A stretch of DNA of 63,800 nucleotides, filler included, from Octopus bimaculoides (lineage: Eukaryota), in NCBI RefSeq assembly GCF_001194135.2. It is 6 parts of 6 records of this genome, joined end to end, with 100 filler letters (N's around TTAATTAATTAA, not from the genome) between each part and the next. Parts side by side here need not be neighbours in the genome. Positions count along the whole stretch, not along the records: positions 1 to 19,749 come from NC_069001.1; positions 19,850 to 36,408 come from NC_069005.1; 4 more parts are not named here. One strand, given 5' to 3'. How positions within the stretch are numbered: the stretch's first letter is position 1; each line of letters begins with the position of its first letter. The translations under genes and the position numbers were made by a program. The notes beneath the pieces are model-generated. The model had not been told where the DNA came from. It saw only the letters and a list, made by a program, of their open reading frames with translations, and did no database searches. This document shows positions 12,661 to 24,611 of this stretch, piece after piece.

Positions 12661-13683
12661 CTTGCGAGCCTACACATGTCCTCAGCAGTCACAGCCCATG
12701 TTTCACTGCCATGTAGCATGGCTGTTCGTACACATACGTCATACAGTCTGCCTTTTACTCTGAGTGAGAGGCCCCTTGTCACCAACAGAGGTAAGAGCTC
12801 TCTGAACTTTGCCCAGGCTATTCTTATTCTAGCAGCTACGCTTTCAGCGCACCCACCCCAAATACTAACTTGGTCACCTAGATAGCGGAAGCTATCGACT
12901 ACCTCTAGTTTTTCTCCCTGGAATGTGGCAGAAGTTGTTTTCTGCACATTTTCAGTGTTTATTGCACCTGAACATCTGCTACAAATGAAAACTAACTTCC
13001 TAGTTAACCTTCCATTGATATTGCTGCACCTCTTATGTGTCCATAGCTTGCACTGGATGCATCTTATAGAGTTCCTACCCACGCCTTTTCTACAGATCGA
13101 GCAGGGCCATCTACCTGAAGGGGTTTGTGCTTTTTCTACCTTCCTACTTATTAGGACTTTGGTTTTAGCTAGGTTGACTCTAAAGCCTTTCGATTCTAAT
13201 CCTTGCTTCCACACCTGAAACTTCTTCTCTAGTTCTGATCATAACTCAGCAATTAGTGCAAGGTCATCAGCATAAAGGAGCTTCTAGAGGCATCCTGTCT
13301 TGAATTCCTCTGTTATCGCCTGAGGACTATGATAAATAGGAGGGGGCTGAGGACTGAACCTTGGTGGACCCCTACCTCTATCCGGAATTCTTCACTAACC
13401 ATTCTTCTATCCCTAGTTTCCTCATTGACCACCAGATAAGGGATCAGGGGACCCTGTCAAAGGCTTTCTCCATAGGCTCGCAAGGAATGAAGCCAGTATG
13501 CTCTGATGGATGTGTAATGTCAGTGTGCATACTAGACAGAGTGTTAGTACCTTGAGAGAAAACTCTGCCAAATCAGATTGGCGCCTGGTGTAGCCATCTG
13601 GTTTCACCAGTCCTCAGTCAAATCGTCCAACCCATGCTAGCATGGAAAGTGGATGTTAAACGACGATGATGATGATGATGATG
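12661..13683. mobile_element. RTE LINE with an inverted 5' segment (minus 12661-13472) joined to a plus-strand 3' segment and tail (13473-13683)
   Basis: The minus ORF runs ...LHGSETWAVTAEDMCRLAR and stops at 12661. The plus piece restarts at RLARNEASML (13475) and ends in the (GAT)n tail. Confidence 0.8.
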
Positions 13684-14796
13684 TATAGACCCACAACTAG
13701 ATACATTACGTTTGGTAAAAAAATAGAAAAAAAGATGATATAGTTACAGCTGGATTACTTTTGAACATGACATGGGTTAAACAACAAAAAAACATATATC
13801 TGGTAATGTAGTGTTAATTACACTGTATCTGAAAACCAGTGGCAGCTCATAAATAAAATTAGTGGGGGTGCTGCTTCAGAAAATTTTTAGCCGTTGTTTT
13901 AATATTCTGTAAAAAGAAACAAACACATAAAAAGAAAATTTATACATAAACTTGATCAGTTTGCATTTTAGCCACTGCCGGGGAGGAATGTGTTTCATTT
14001 GTTCACTGAACACTGCCACAAATTCCCCCTAAATCACAAAATAAGATGGGGGGAAACGTGCTCTATCTCTCAAATTCTGAAGCTGGAAGCAGGATAATAA
14101 TCTAATTCTATTCTTTATCACATTCAAGAATATAAACACATTTTAAAGCACAACACATGTGGAGTCAAAAAGAAAGACTACCTTTCACCCGGTGTAAAGA
14201 TTTCAAGTCCCCTGCCCCCATATCAAGCTACCACCTGTTAATCTGAAATCGATTTCAAATTACTGGGGGTGGTTAACTTGAAACCGATTTCAAATTACCC
14301 CGTCAATGATTTTGCTAAATTAACAAATTCTGTGACTTACAACTGATATTTTTATAACATTATGAAAATAAGACAAAAATATTAGATTTTTTAAAACACT
14401 TTTATGATATGCTGAAAAAAACATGTTGAACATCAGAGATTCTGTGTCTGCAATTGTGTTTTTAATAAAAACATTTTATTTTTTTGTTTACGAGAGTCCT
14501 TTTTTTCTATAGATAAATAGCAGATGGATGTTGTTTAGAGTGGACTGAGTTGAGTTGACAGAATGTAATGATAAGAGATTGATTTGAAGAACGATATGTG
14601 TTTTATATACAAAGCGTCATTTATTTATACACTTTAAATTGCTAACAAAATGTAATTATATACATTAAAACATCACAGCAGTTTCTGTTTTTTTTTTTTA
14701 GTTTGGAGCTTGGGTATCTTGATTTTTGTAATTTGTTTTCCGTTTTTCACTTGCTGGTGGTTGCTCAAAATTGCTGAGTTCCTTTTTTCTTTTCAG

Positions 14797-14967
14797 ATAG
14801 TTAAGAATAGATTTGATGGAGAAAAAGGATTAATGCCACTACGCTTTAACAGAGAAATTGCTAGTTATACAACTCCTGAGAAAAAGAAAGCTACAAATGC
14901 ACCAAAATTACCTTTGCCATCTAATGTCAAAGAGATGAAAGATGATAATCCAGATGAAGATGATTGA
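14797..14967 (+). CDS. TWNK: Twinkle last coding exon (IVKNRFDGEKGLMPLRFNREIASYTTPEKKK...DEDD*)
   Basis: Pyrimidine tract and CAG at 14794-14796; KNRFDG arginine-finger motif; TGA stop at 14965-14967. The six exons total 810 nt in frame. I found no clear polyA signal. Confidence 0.95.
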   Translation: MVKNRFDGEKGLMPLRFNREIASYTTPEKKKATNAPKLPLPSNVKEMKDDNPDEDD

Positions 14968-15591
14968 GAGATTAGGACTGAGACACGGAACCAGTAACGT
15001 GATGTTTTTCAGTTGAAGTTCAGTCTTGATCTAAGCAGACATTTGGCAGAGAAGGTTCATGATGTTTGGTATTTGATGGCGGGGGAAGCAGTTTGTCAAG
15101 TTTTACCATACCTTCAAAACAACATAGAGAATTCAATTCAGCAGCCCATCTGTAAGCTTAGCAGTATGAACAAACATTATCAAAGAGACTCCCTGCATTA
15201 TGTGGTTGTACAATAGACAGGACAGCCTATTCTTCAAAATTATCGAAACTGGCTTTCATTGCTAATCCTTTAACAGAATTATTCCTGGTTTGAAATTTTC
15301 GTTGTCTTTATGCCTGCTGTAAATATTGGGTTTCATCTCTCAACGCCCAATTTATTGGCACTGCTGTTTCTGTCTGTATCTCATTGATATTTGGAACATT
15401 TTATATTTGCTACTACTGATCAATCAGTAGACAGCTGAACAGTGACAGACGGTGACTTATTTTGAAGTAGAATATTCTCCTCTCGAGATATTTTAACCAA
15501 TCGGTCATGTCTAGCAGAAGCAGAATCATGTCTATGTCTCCATAAATATTCAGACATCTGTTTCAGTGGCTTTGCATTAATATAAACAACC

Positions 15592-15660
<69 letters not shown>

Positions 15661-17555
15661 TACATATATGCATACATAAATATATAGTTGAAATTTATAG
15701 AAAAACAAAGGACAAAAGAGAGGATGAAAAAAAAAACCTGTAGAGTAAGCGGTCCAACATGGTGAATACACACACNNNNNNNNNNNNNNNNNNNNNNNNN
15801 NNNNNNNNNNNNNNNNNNNNNNNNNNNNNNNNNNNNNNNNNNNNNNNNNNNNNNNNNNNNNNNNNNNNNNNNNNNNNNNNNNNNNNNNNNNNNNNNNNNN
15901 NNNNNNNNNNNNNNNNNNNNNNNNNNNNNNNNNNNNNNNNNNNNNNNNNNNNNNNNNNNNNNNNNNNNNNNNNNNNNNNNNNNNNNNNNNNNNNNNNNNN
16001 NNNNNNNNNNNNNNNNNNNNNNNNNNNNNNNNNNNNNNNNNNNNNNNNNNNNNNNNNNNNNNNNNNNNNNNNNNNNNNNNNNNNNNNNNNNNNNNNNNNN
16101 NNNNNNNNNNNNNNNNNNNNNNNNNNNNNNNNNNNNNNNNNNNNNNNNNNNNNNNNNNNNNNNNNNNNNNNNNNNNNNNNNNNNNNNNNNNNNNNNNNNN
16201 NNNNNNNNNNNNNNNNNNNGGCACATAAAAGACACCATTTCGAGCGTGGCCGTTTTCGTGCGGGTGACACGTAAAAGCACCCACTACACTCTCTGAGTGG
16301 TTGGCGTTAGGAAGGGCACCCAGCTGTAGAAACTCTGCCAAATCAGACTGGAGCCTGGTGTTGCCATCCGGTTTCACCAGTCCTCAGTCAAATCGTCCAA
16401 CCCATGCTAGCATGGAAAGCGGACGTTAAACGATGATGATGATACATGAGGGTGTGCTGAAAAGTTCCTGGCATTGAGTAAAAGAAAATACAAGAGGATC
16501 AGCTAATTATGATTTCATTCAACATTGAATCTCATGGAGGAGATGACAAATGATGGTATATCTAACAATTGAGCTATTTCTCATGGCAAATTAAATTTTC
16601 TCGTTAATCATAACCAAATTCCTTGTCATTGAGACACAGATTTTGAAAATCAAATCTGTTTTTTCTTGAGGATACACCATTTCAGTGACATATTTACAAA
16701 CATACACTCCCATTAATATAGAAATCTTTCTGATGCCTGGTTGAGTAGGAGGGCAACACAGTGACCAAGGAAGCTGTGGGTACAAGCGTGGGTGAAGTCA
16801 ACTGCAGTCGCAAGATACCATTTGAAAACCAAGCAACATATCATTTCATACAACAACAAAGGTAATCATAACGACGATCAATGAAACAAATGCATTAAAA
16901 TAATTACACGAAGAAGTAACTATCTCTTACACACCATTACAATTTACATAAAATAACAAGACTTAAGCAGTCGATAAAACTAAATACATACATCCTCTCT
17001 CCCACCATTATATTTTACACCATTACATTTTACATCAAATACAAACTATTCTAAAGAAACAGGTCATTTGACACAACATCTTCATGAGACACGTGTTCTG
17101 ATTCATCTATTCAGCACCACTACAGTCTTGCCCATCTGACATATGGTGAGTAGATGCTATTGTCGTATATTTTCAAACTTACCCGTATTTACTAACCCAT
17201 GATTAATCCTCATCTTTCCTCCATAGGACATCTATTCTGTTTTCACAGACCATGAAGTTTTGTAAAAGAACGTCCACTGCCGTTGATGGAAAAGGAAGAT
17301 ACCGTATTCACTTGCGAACGTTTTACACATCCTTACATGACTACCTAAGACGTTGTTACAATTGTGAGAACAATAAAACAGCCTTTTCAGGGCCACCTCA
17401 CATTCTATTGTTACCCACTTCTCAGAGTGTTGCAATGCTCTTGGCAGGGCTTTCTGTCCAGTTGCAAATCGATTGGTTGGTCGTCAACTTATAGCAATCT
17501 TTCCCTCAATAATCATAATTGAGTAGAATCATCAACAGTACTTTAAAACAATTAA

Positions 17556-17586
17556 GCCCCAAGCAACGCCGGGCACTTCTGCTAGT
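17556..17586 (+). mobile_element. Helitron-like 3' terminus; the body probably extends left to about 16.9 kb
   Basis: gccc...gggc hairpin (17556-17574), 7 nt spacer, CTAG at 17582-17585, then T. Upstream caccattac-type direct repeats at 16930-17030. The 5' end is not located. Confidence 0.5.
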
Positions 17587-18084
17587 TATTACTATGATTA
17601 TATTTGTGTTCTCTCTCTTTATTCTGTTCAGGTTCTGGGTTGGATGTATCTTCCAATCAGCTGCCTCATAGAAAATCTCGAAGCCATACTACCATCAAAC
17701 CTCTGACATCAGCTCTCCAGGATCTAATCTCTGCTCGACCACACTGAAACCTCACCTCACATCACCAAACATCAAACATCATCGTGGTCCCTTCAAACCA
17801 CCACTTCCTATCCCAAGACTACCATCACCCACTCTCTCTCTCTCTCTGTCTCAGTCTCCCTCCCTCTATCAACCTCCCCCCACCACAACTTTGTCACATA
17901 CATAAACACACACAACTACTAAACTGTGATGACACCCCCCCTCTGAAAGTCTCCCCTCCCCTCTACCGCCACTTGCACCAACATACAACACCCAATATCC
18001 ATCAAGCTGAGCTATACTGTCACCTAAACTGTAAAGAATAACAGCCAAATCTCCCTCAAATAACACCAAACTGGTTTGTGTATG

Positions 18085-18299
18085 TGTAAGCCAATGAGGG
18101 CTACCTCTATGTGATACCTAAATCTGCTAGAAATAGCCAAATCTCCCTCAAATCACACCCTACTCTCTTATCTATGTATATATGTATGTATGAGCCAATG
18201 AGGGAGACCTCTACATGGTAGCTAGACCTGCTAGAAATAGCAACCAAATCTCCCTCAAATCACACCCTACTCTCTTATCTATGTATATATGTATGTATG
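18085..18299 (+). repeat. Tandem duplication of a roughly 105-bp repeat-family segment (gccaatgaggg...ctgctagaaatag...atctccctcaaatcacaccctac)
   Basis: Two diverged copies run into a gap. Related segments occur at 18040-18065, 19130-19260 and 22880-22960 (reverse). Confidence 0.65.
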
Positions 18300-19849
18300 N
18301 NNNNNNNNNNNNNNNNNNNNNNNNNNNNNNNNNNNNNNNNNNNNNNNNNNNNNNNNNNNNNNNNNNNNNNNNNNNNNNNNNNNNNNNNNNNNNNNNNNNN
18401 NNNNNNNNNNNNNNNNNNNNNNNNNNNNNNNNNNNNNNNNNNNNNNNNNNNNNNNNNNNNNNNNNNNNNNNNNNNNNNNNNNNNNNNNNNNNNNNNNNNN
18501 NNNNNNNNNNNNNNNNNNNNNNNNNNNNNNNNNNNNNNNNNNNNNNNNNNNNNNNNNNNNNNNNNNNNNNNNNNNNNNNNNNNNNNNNNNNNNNNNNNNN
18601 NNNNNNNNNNNNNNNNNNNNNNNNNNNNNNNNNNNNNNNNNNNNNNNNNNNNNNNNNNNNNNNNNNNNNNNNNNNNNNNNNNNNNNNNNNNNNNNNNNNN
18701 NNNNNNNNNNNNNNNNNNNNNNNNNNNNNNNNNNCCCAACTCTAAAACCCGAACCCTAACCCTAAAACCCAAAAGCTAAAACCAGTACAAACGCACGAAC
18801 GATGTCATAAATACCAGTGACAAACGAAATATATACCACTGATAGTTGTTGTTGACAAACAACGGCACTAATTTTATTCAAGGGAAAAGATCCCATGACA
18901 CCGTTGTTTACATTCCACGGCAGTAAATGTTTTCACCTCAATAGACATCAGTGATTGGTTGAAATTACCGAAATACGACAATTTTTTACATGAAATAACT
19001 TTGAATACAAAAAATTTTATCTGTTCTATAACACAAAATTTATAAGTATGCGAAGTTTGGAAGTGTTTCGGTACCAAAAACACTATATAAAACATAAATG
19101 AAAAATGTTGCCCGTCAGACCAAAAAGATCCCAGCAGTCAAATCTCCTTCATATCACACCCTACTGTCTCAACAACAGGAAGAACACTTAGGCCAAGAAT
19201 GACCATGGCTAGAATTCCTCTGACCATGGTTCTGCTCATTCGGGACTGACCTAGGGCTAAACGATACCAATTTGTCTTTCTCTTTATTGAACTCTCTCCC
19301 ACTTTCTCCTCAACAACACAATTTAAAACCTACTACAAGCGTACCCCCTTCCTCCCCCACCACACACAACCATCTTATAATGTGATTCCCTCTCGTTCAC
19401 ATGTGGGCTCCATCACTCAAACAGGCCCTTTCGGTAATCCCTCCCACCCGTTCCTCAACCTTTCCATCCATCCAACCTACCAGCTCCTTTACCCACCCTC
19501 TCCACACCCCTGCAATAGGAACTCATGGCTATTTTGCCGTTTGAACTCTTCATCCGACCTTTGCTACTTAAATATAAACGTTTTAACTCAACCTGTTGTC
19601 TGTGTTTGTTTTATTTATTCCCTTTTACTGGTACAATTAAGGGGGATGAAATGAAAACAGGGGAAATCTTATCATGTAGTACTATAGTTTACTATTTTCA
19701 GCAATACTGCTATATTGTATAAAGTTAAAGTTAAGGGTCATTCAGAGGANNNNNNNNNNNNNNNNNNNNNNNNNNNNNNNNNNNNNNNNNNNNTTAATTA
19801 ATTAANNNNNNNNNNNNNNNNNNNNNNNNNNNNNNNNNNNNNNNNNNNN

Positions 19850-19887
<38 letters not shown>

Positions 19888-19888
<1 letters not shown>

Positions 19889-20240
19889 TACATATATACA
19901 AGGGGAAGTCAAAAATCATCCACACTTTCACCATAACATATCTTTATTATTGTCACACTGCCTTCTGCACAAACGTGCTTATAGTTGGTACTATTGTTGT
20001 CACGTGATCGAAGTTTGAGCCTGGTCGCGGGATTTTTCTTTCTGGCTTTACAGTGTAAGCATGGCCACTCCACTAGCAATGTGCACCACAGAAGAACAAA
20101 GAGCAGTGATCCGAGAGATGGTATTGGTGAATCTTCTTGTCAATGGTGGAGGTTGATGGGTGTCCTGCTCCCTCTTTGTGTGTCATGCTTGTTCATCCAG
20201 TCATAAACTTCTCAATCCAACCATACACACTTCTACGTAG
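19888..20240. mobile_element. Mariner-derived non-autonomous fragment
   Basis: TA followed by caaggggaagtcaaaaa, a mariner-type TIR start. A short transposase N-terminus-like remnant (EQRAVIR) lies at 20094-20115. Confidence 0.45.
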
Positions 20241-20502
20241 TAGTGCACTGTCCCTTTATTGTGCTAAAAGCCTCCAATGAATTTCAGCACCTGACATACC
20301 TTTTAACCAGAAAAATGGGATCACTGCACTTTGTTCTTTTTAGGTGCACATTGCTAGTGGAGCAGCCATGCTTACACTGTAAAGCTAGAAAGAAAAATTG
20401 TGTGATCAGGCTCAAACTTCAATCACATGAACACAATAATACGAACTATAAGCACGCATGTGCAGAAGGCAATATGACAATAAAGACATGCTATAGCAAA
20501 CG

Positions 20503-20588
<86 letters not shown>

Positions 20589-20821
20589 NNNNNNNNNNNN
20601 NNNNNNNNNNNNNNNNNNNNNNNNNNNNNNNNNNNNNNNNNNNNNNNNNNNNNNNNNNNNNNNNNNNNNNNNNNNNNNNNNNNNNNNNNNNNNNNNNNNN
20701 NNNNNNNNNNNNNNNNNNNNNNNNNNNNNNNNNNNNNNNNNNNNNNNNNNNNNNNNNNNNNNNNNNNNNNNNNNNNNNNNNNNNNNNNNCACATAGATGT
20801 GAAATAAGGTGGAAAAATAAA

Positions 20822-20860
<39 letters not shown>

Positions 20861-20879
20861 CATACATACATATGTGTGC

Positions 20880-20914
<35 letters not shown>

Positions 20915-21720
20915 CGATGCGTACTGCCTTAATTCTTCGAAACGCCGGAGTTTTAATGGTGGCAGCTGATGAAGGGGATGTTTCTATGTGGCCTGCTTGT
21001 TTGTTGCACCTTGTTTACCATTTTTGTCCTTGTTCTTTTGCCACGTCATGTACCCAGTTATGTATCTATATGTACATGTGGATGAACGTATATACATACA
21101 TGTACATATATATGCATATACTCATATATTGTTTGTATACATATATATATATATATACATATATATATATGCCTGCAGGCAGCCCCAGTTCAAGCCATGC
21201 TAGTATGGAAAATGGATGTTAAATGATAATGACAATGGTGATGACATGAAAGCAAGCTTCTTACCACACAGCCACATTTGCCCCTGGATATAAATGGAAT
21301 CTAATTTTAGAGTTCATATGCCCACCACTTAGAGACCATCATCCAGTCTTTTGGTATTTAAAGCACTATTTTCCTTTCAAGCTATTTTGATCATGTTGAT
21401 TAACTACATAGACTTTCCTCTGCTTGCTCTGATAATTAAAATGAATCTTAATTAGGAAATGAAGCTTGTAGACCTTTCTGATAATCAAATTAAAAACCTT
21501 CACAATAATTAATTAAAACTGACCAGCAACAAAGGACACCATTGAAATAACACAAGTTGAATGAAAATGAATGAAAGTATGTAAATAGGATTGATAATTA
21601 AGGCTGACAGTAAAGATACATTATTTAATGATACAACCAACTGCTCTGAAGAGTTAATAAGTACTTAACTATTAGCTAAGTTGACAAGGTAAGTTGAGCT
21701 TAACCCTAGGAGCAGTAAGA

Positions 21721-21778
21721 GCCACTGATGAGAATTAAGATGTCCGGCATCAAAATTCAAAATCACTAGTTATATGGT
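21721..21778 (+). ncRNA. Degenerate type I hammerhead ribozyme motif (PLE-type)
   Basis: gcca CTGATGA gaatt-aa-gatg-tccgg-catc-aa-aattc aAAA tcactagtta TA tggt. Stem I is gcca/tggt, stem II is well paired, and helix III atcactagttat is near-palindromic. G12 is replaced by A at a CpG site. Confidence 0.6.
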
Positions 21779-21970
21779 TATGTCTATGACTGTAGGGAGC
21801 TTTGCCTCCCTTGCCAGCTTATTAAGATAGTGCTCTTGTGGCTAAGGAGTGATTTTGACTCTTATTTCTAGCAATGCTGGTATCACTTTGTACCTTCTGT
21901 CATCTTAGTCTGTCATCTATAAATTTGCCTTTAGGCTGTTAAATTGCTAATAAGCCACCCATATTATATA

Positions 21971-22024
<54 letters not shown>

Positions 22025-22085
22025 GAGAAAGAATGGGAGAGATACATATATATATCTGAGTATGTGTCTGTATTAATCCTCCAGT

Positions 22086-22375
22086 GAAGGTGCATAGCTT
22101 AATGGTTAAGGTATCTGGCTCATGTTTGTAAGGTCGTCAGTTCAAGTCCCAGCAGCACGTTGTGCCCTTGAACAAGACTTTTTATTTCACTTCGGTCCAG
22201 CCCACTCAGCTGGCAAAAATGAGTCATGCTGAATTTCGCTGAGAACTACATTAAGGGTACGTGTGTCTGTGGAGTGCTCAGCCACTTGCATGTTAATTTC
22301 ACGAACAGGTTGTTCCATAGATTGCATCAGCTGGAGCTCTCATCATCATAACTGATGGAGTTCCCGTGTTAGTCC
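22086..22375 (+). mobile_element. tRNA-headed SINE; other copies at 23934-24535 (+, interrupted), 34985-35285 (-) and 48655-48955 (-)
   Basis: A-box-like tagcttaatggttaag and B-box-like agttcaagtcc, then the conserved core ttgtgtccttgagcaagacacttt. Confidence 0.75.
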
Positions 22376-24190
22376 TCCACCTCTGCTTAGCAACTGGAGT
22401 TGGCTTCTTTACATCCCCTTAACTTTGTGGTTCAACAAAAGAAACTGATAGAATAAGTACCAGGTTAATAAGAAATAAGTACTGGGATCGATGCACTCAA
22501 CTAAAATTCTTCAAGGCGATGCCCCAGCATGGCCATAGTCTAAATGACTGAAAGAAGACAAAAGAAGAAATGAAGAAAATCTGTATCAGAGAGGTTGCAT
22601 GTTTCCTTACATAAAACAAACAATTTTTACAGCACAGGTGTCAGCACATGTAAAAGTCTTTTATCATATAATACAACAAACACCAGCAAGTCTAGAAACT
22701 AGGCTTACAGGTGTATTAAGTAATCTAAACACCAAAGAATTAGCAGCAAAACTGAAGGTAGATCACAAGGTAGTGTACTTGGCAACCCTATGATCAAGAC
22801 ATTCCAGCCGTGGCCACTTCATCCTTTTAAATATAGTTTATCTTAGGCACTATTATCCCATATACCCTTTCCTCTAAAAAAAAAACAAAAAACAGTGGGG
22901 AGTAGCCTGAGAGAGGTTTCACAGCTATTTCTAGCATGTCGTGTGACAACGTAAAGCTCCTTTACTGCTTTGACTCTTTTAATTCTTCATTGATGGTTTA
23001 AATTCCCGAGTTTCCTCCCTTACATCGTTTATTATCAATGAGAATTAATAGTCTTCATGCAATCGGAAACTAGGCCATTGAATTCGTTTGACAGTTAAAC
23101 TGTGTTTAGGTCTTTCCTCACCTATAGTTGCATTTCGTAGGAGACGTAGAAATACGGGGTTTCTTTGCTTCTAGAATATAAACACTGTGAAATGAACGAA
23201 TGTTTGCATATTTATTCTTAATACATCTCGGCCGGTCCAGACGCGGAATATGCTGAGCGCTGTAATAAACGCCAAGAGTGTGTTGAAACAAGTTTTTCGC
23301 CTTTGACGAGTAGGCGTGGTTGTGTGGGAAGAAGCTTGCTTCCCAACCACATAGTTCCGGGTTCAGTCCCACTGCGTGGCACCTAGGGCCAATGTCTTCT
23401 GCTAGAAACTGAACAAAGCTCGTCGTGTGTGTGTGTGTATGTCTTTGAGTCTGTGTTTGATCCCCCACTACCGCTTGAGAACAACATCGGCAAAGGTTTC
23501 CGATGGGTTAAGTACCAGGGTTTCAAAATAAAAGTACTTGGGTCGATTCATTCGACTAAAAAATTCTTCAAGGCGGTGCCCCAGCATGACCGTGGTCTAA
23601 TAACTGAAATAAATAAATAAATAAATAAAATAAAAGACATTTTGCGTCTCAATCCGCGGAGAGGTATGTGTCAAGATTAAACGTTCAAACATTCGTTCCA
23701 GATGTCGCCGCACACGGTACAAATGGCGATTTTATCTTGTGAAATGAGAATTATCGAAAGTCAGAACTAGCAATTGTTGTCCTGAAGCCAGCATTGAGTC
23801 AACAGAAAAATCAATCAGAAATGTTCCAGCTGTAACCACCACATCTTATTTTCAAATATAGTGTATCTAGGACTACATTATCTAATGTGTTCTGTCTTTT
23901 ATTCAGGCACAGTGTATCTGAGGGTGGGGGTGTGAAGGCACGTGATTTAGTGGTTAAGGTACTCGGCTTCTGGTCATAAGGTCGTAAGTTCGATACCCGG
24001 CGGTGTGTTGTGTCCTTGAGCAAGACACTTTATCCCACGTTGCCCCAGTCCACTCATCTGGCAACAATGAGTACCTGCAATTCAAAGGGTTAGTCTTGTC
24101 ACTCTGAGTCTCCTTGAGAACTATGTTAAGGGTACGTGTGTCCATGAAGTGCTCAACCAATTGCACGTTAATTTCCCTAGCCGGTTGTTT

Positions 24191-24472
24191 GGTATTACTA
24201 AAGCAGTCTTGAGTGGTCGATCCTAACCCTAACCCTATCCCTAACCCTAACCCTGTCCCTAACCCTAACCCTATCCCTAACCCTAACCCTGTCCCTAACC
24301 CTAACCCTATCCCTAACCCTAACCCTATCCCTAACCCGCGTGTGAAAATGAATACGTGTTTAGGGTTAGGGTTAGGGTTAGGAATAGGGTTAGGGTTAGG
24401 ATCGACCACTCACGACTAGCTAGCGCGGACGCGCGACTGCGCGTTCGGGTCCGCGCTGCTTTAGTAGTACAA
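24191..24472. mobile_element. TIR element containing (CCCTAA)n and (TTAGGG)n arrays, inserted in a SINE
   Basis: ggttgttt is duplicated at 24183-24190 and 24473-24480. Inverted ends gtattactaaagcag / ctgctttagtagtac; inner inverted gagtggtcgatcc / ggatcgaccactc. Confidence 0.8.
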
Positions 24473-24611
24473 GGTTGTTTTGTACATCGGATGAACTGGA
24501 GCCTTCGTCACTGAAACTGACAGAGTGCCAGTTATTTAGGGCTATATTATTCTGTTATTTATTCAGACATGATGTATGTTGGACAATTGATAAAAGAAAT
24601 ATGCACTATAG

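Noticed and set aside
15420-16377. Long ORFs in the supplied track made mostly of X, and low-complexity ORFs (poly-YI, HT, V, R, L, D) throughout
   Set aside because: These are artefacts of N gaps and microsatellites.
16366-16390. CTGAGGA-ctggt-GAAA on the minus strand of every RTE tail
   Set aside because: Only 5 nt separate the two core halves, there is no stem II and no palindromic helix III with TH, so it is not a credible hammerhead.
19794-19805. TTAATTAATTAA islands inside N runs (also 36453, 46243, 53480, 61998)
   Set aside because: The same 12-mer, with stops in all six frames, is centred in gaps each time. It is an assembly spacer, not biology.
20935-21000. gcagCTGATGA motifs at 20965 (+) and 42100 (-)
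   Set aside because: No GAAA follows stem II. A type II arrangement using the upstream GAAA at 20940 gives no convincing stems.
22086-22160. tRNA-like A/B boxes
   Set aside because: They continue into SINE bodies and do not form a full cloverleaf, so I did not call tRNA genes.
24222-24400. Telomere-fusion scar or CRISPR-like array
   Set aside because: The orientation is CCCTAA then TTAGGG with TIRs and a TSD, which fits a transposon. No repeat-spacer array or cas gene exists in the window.
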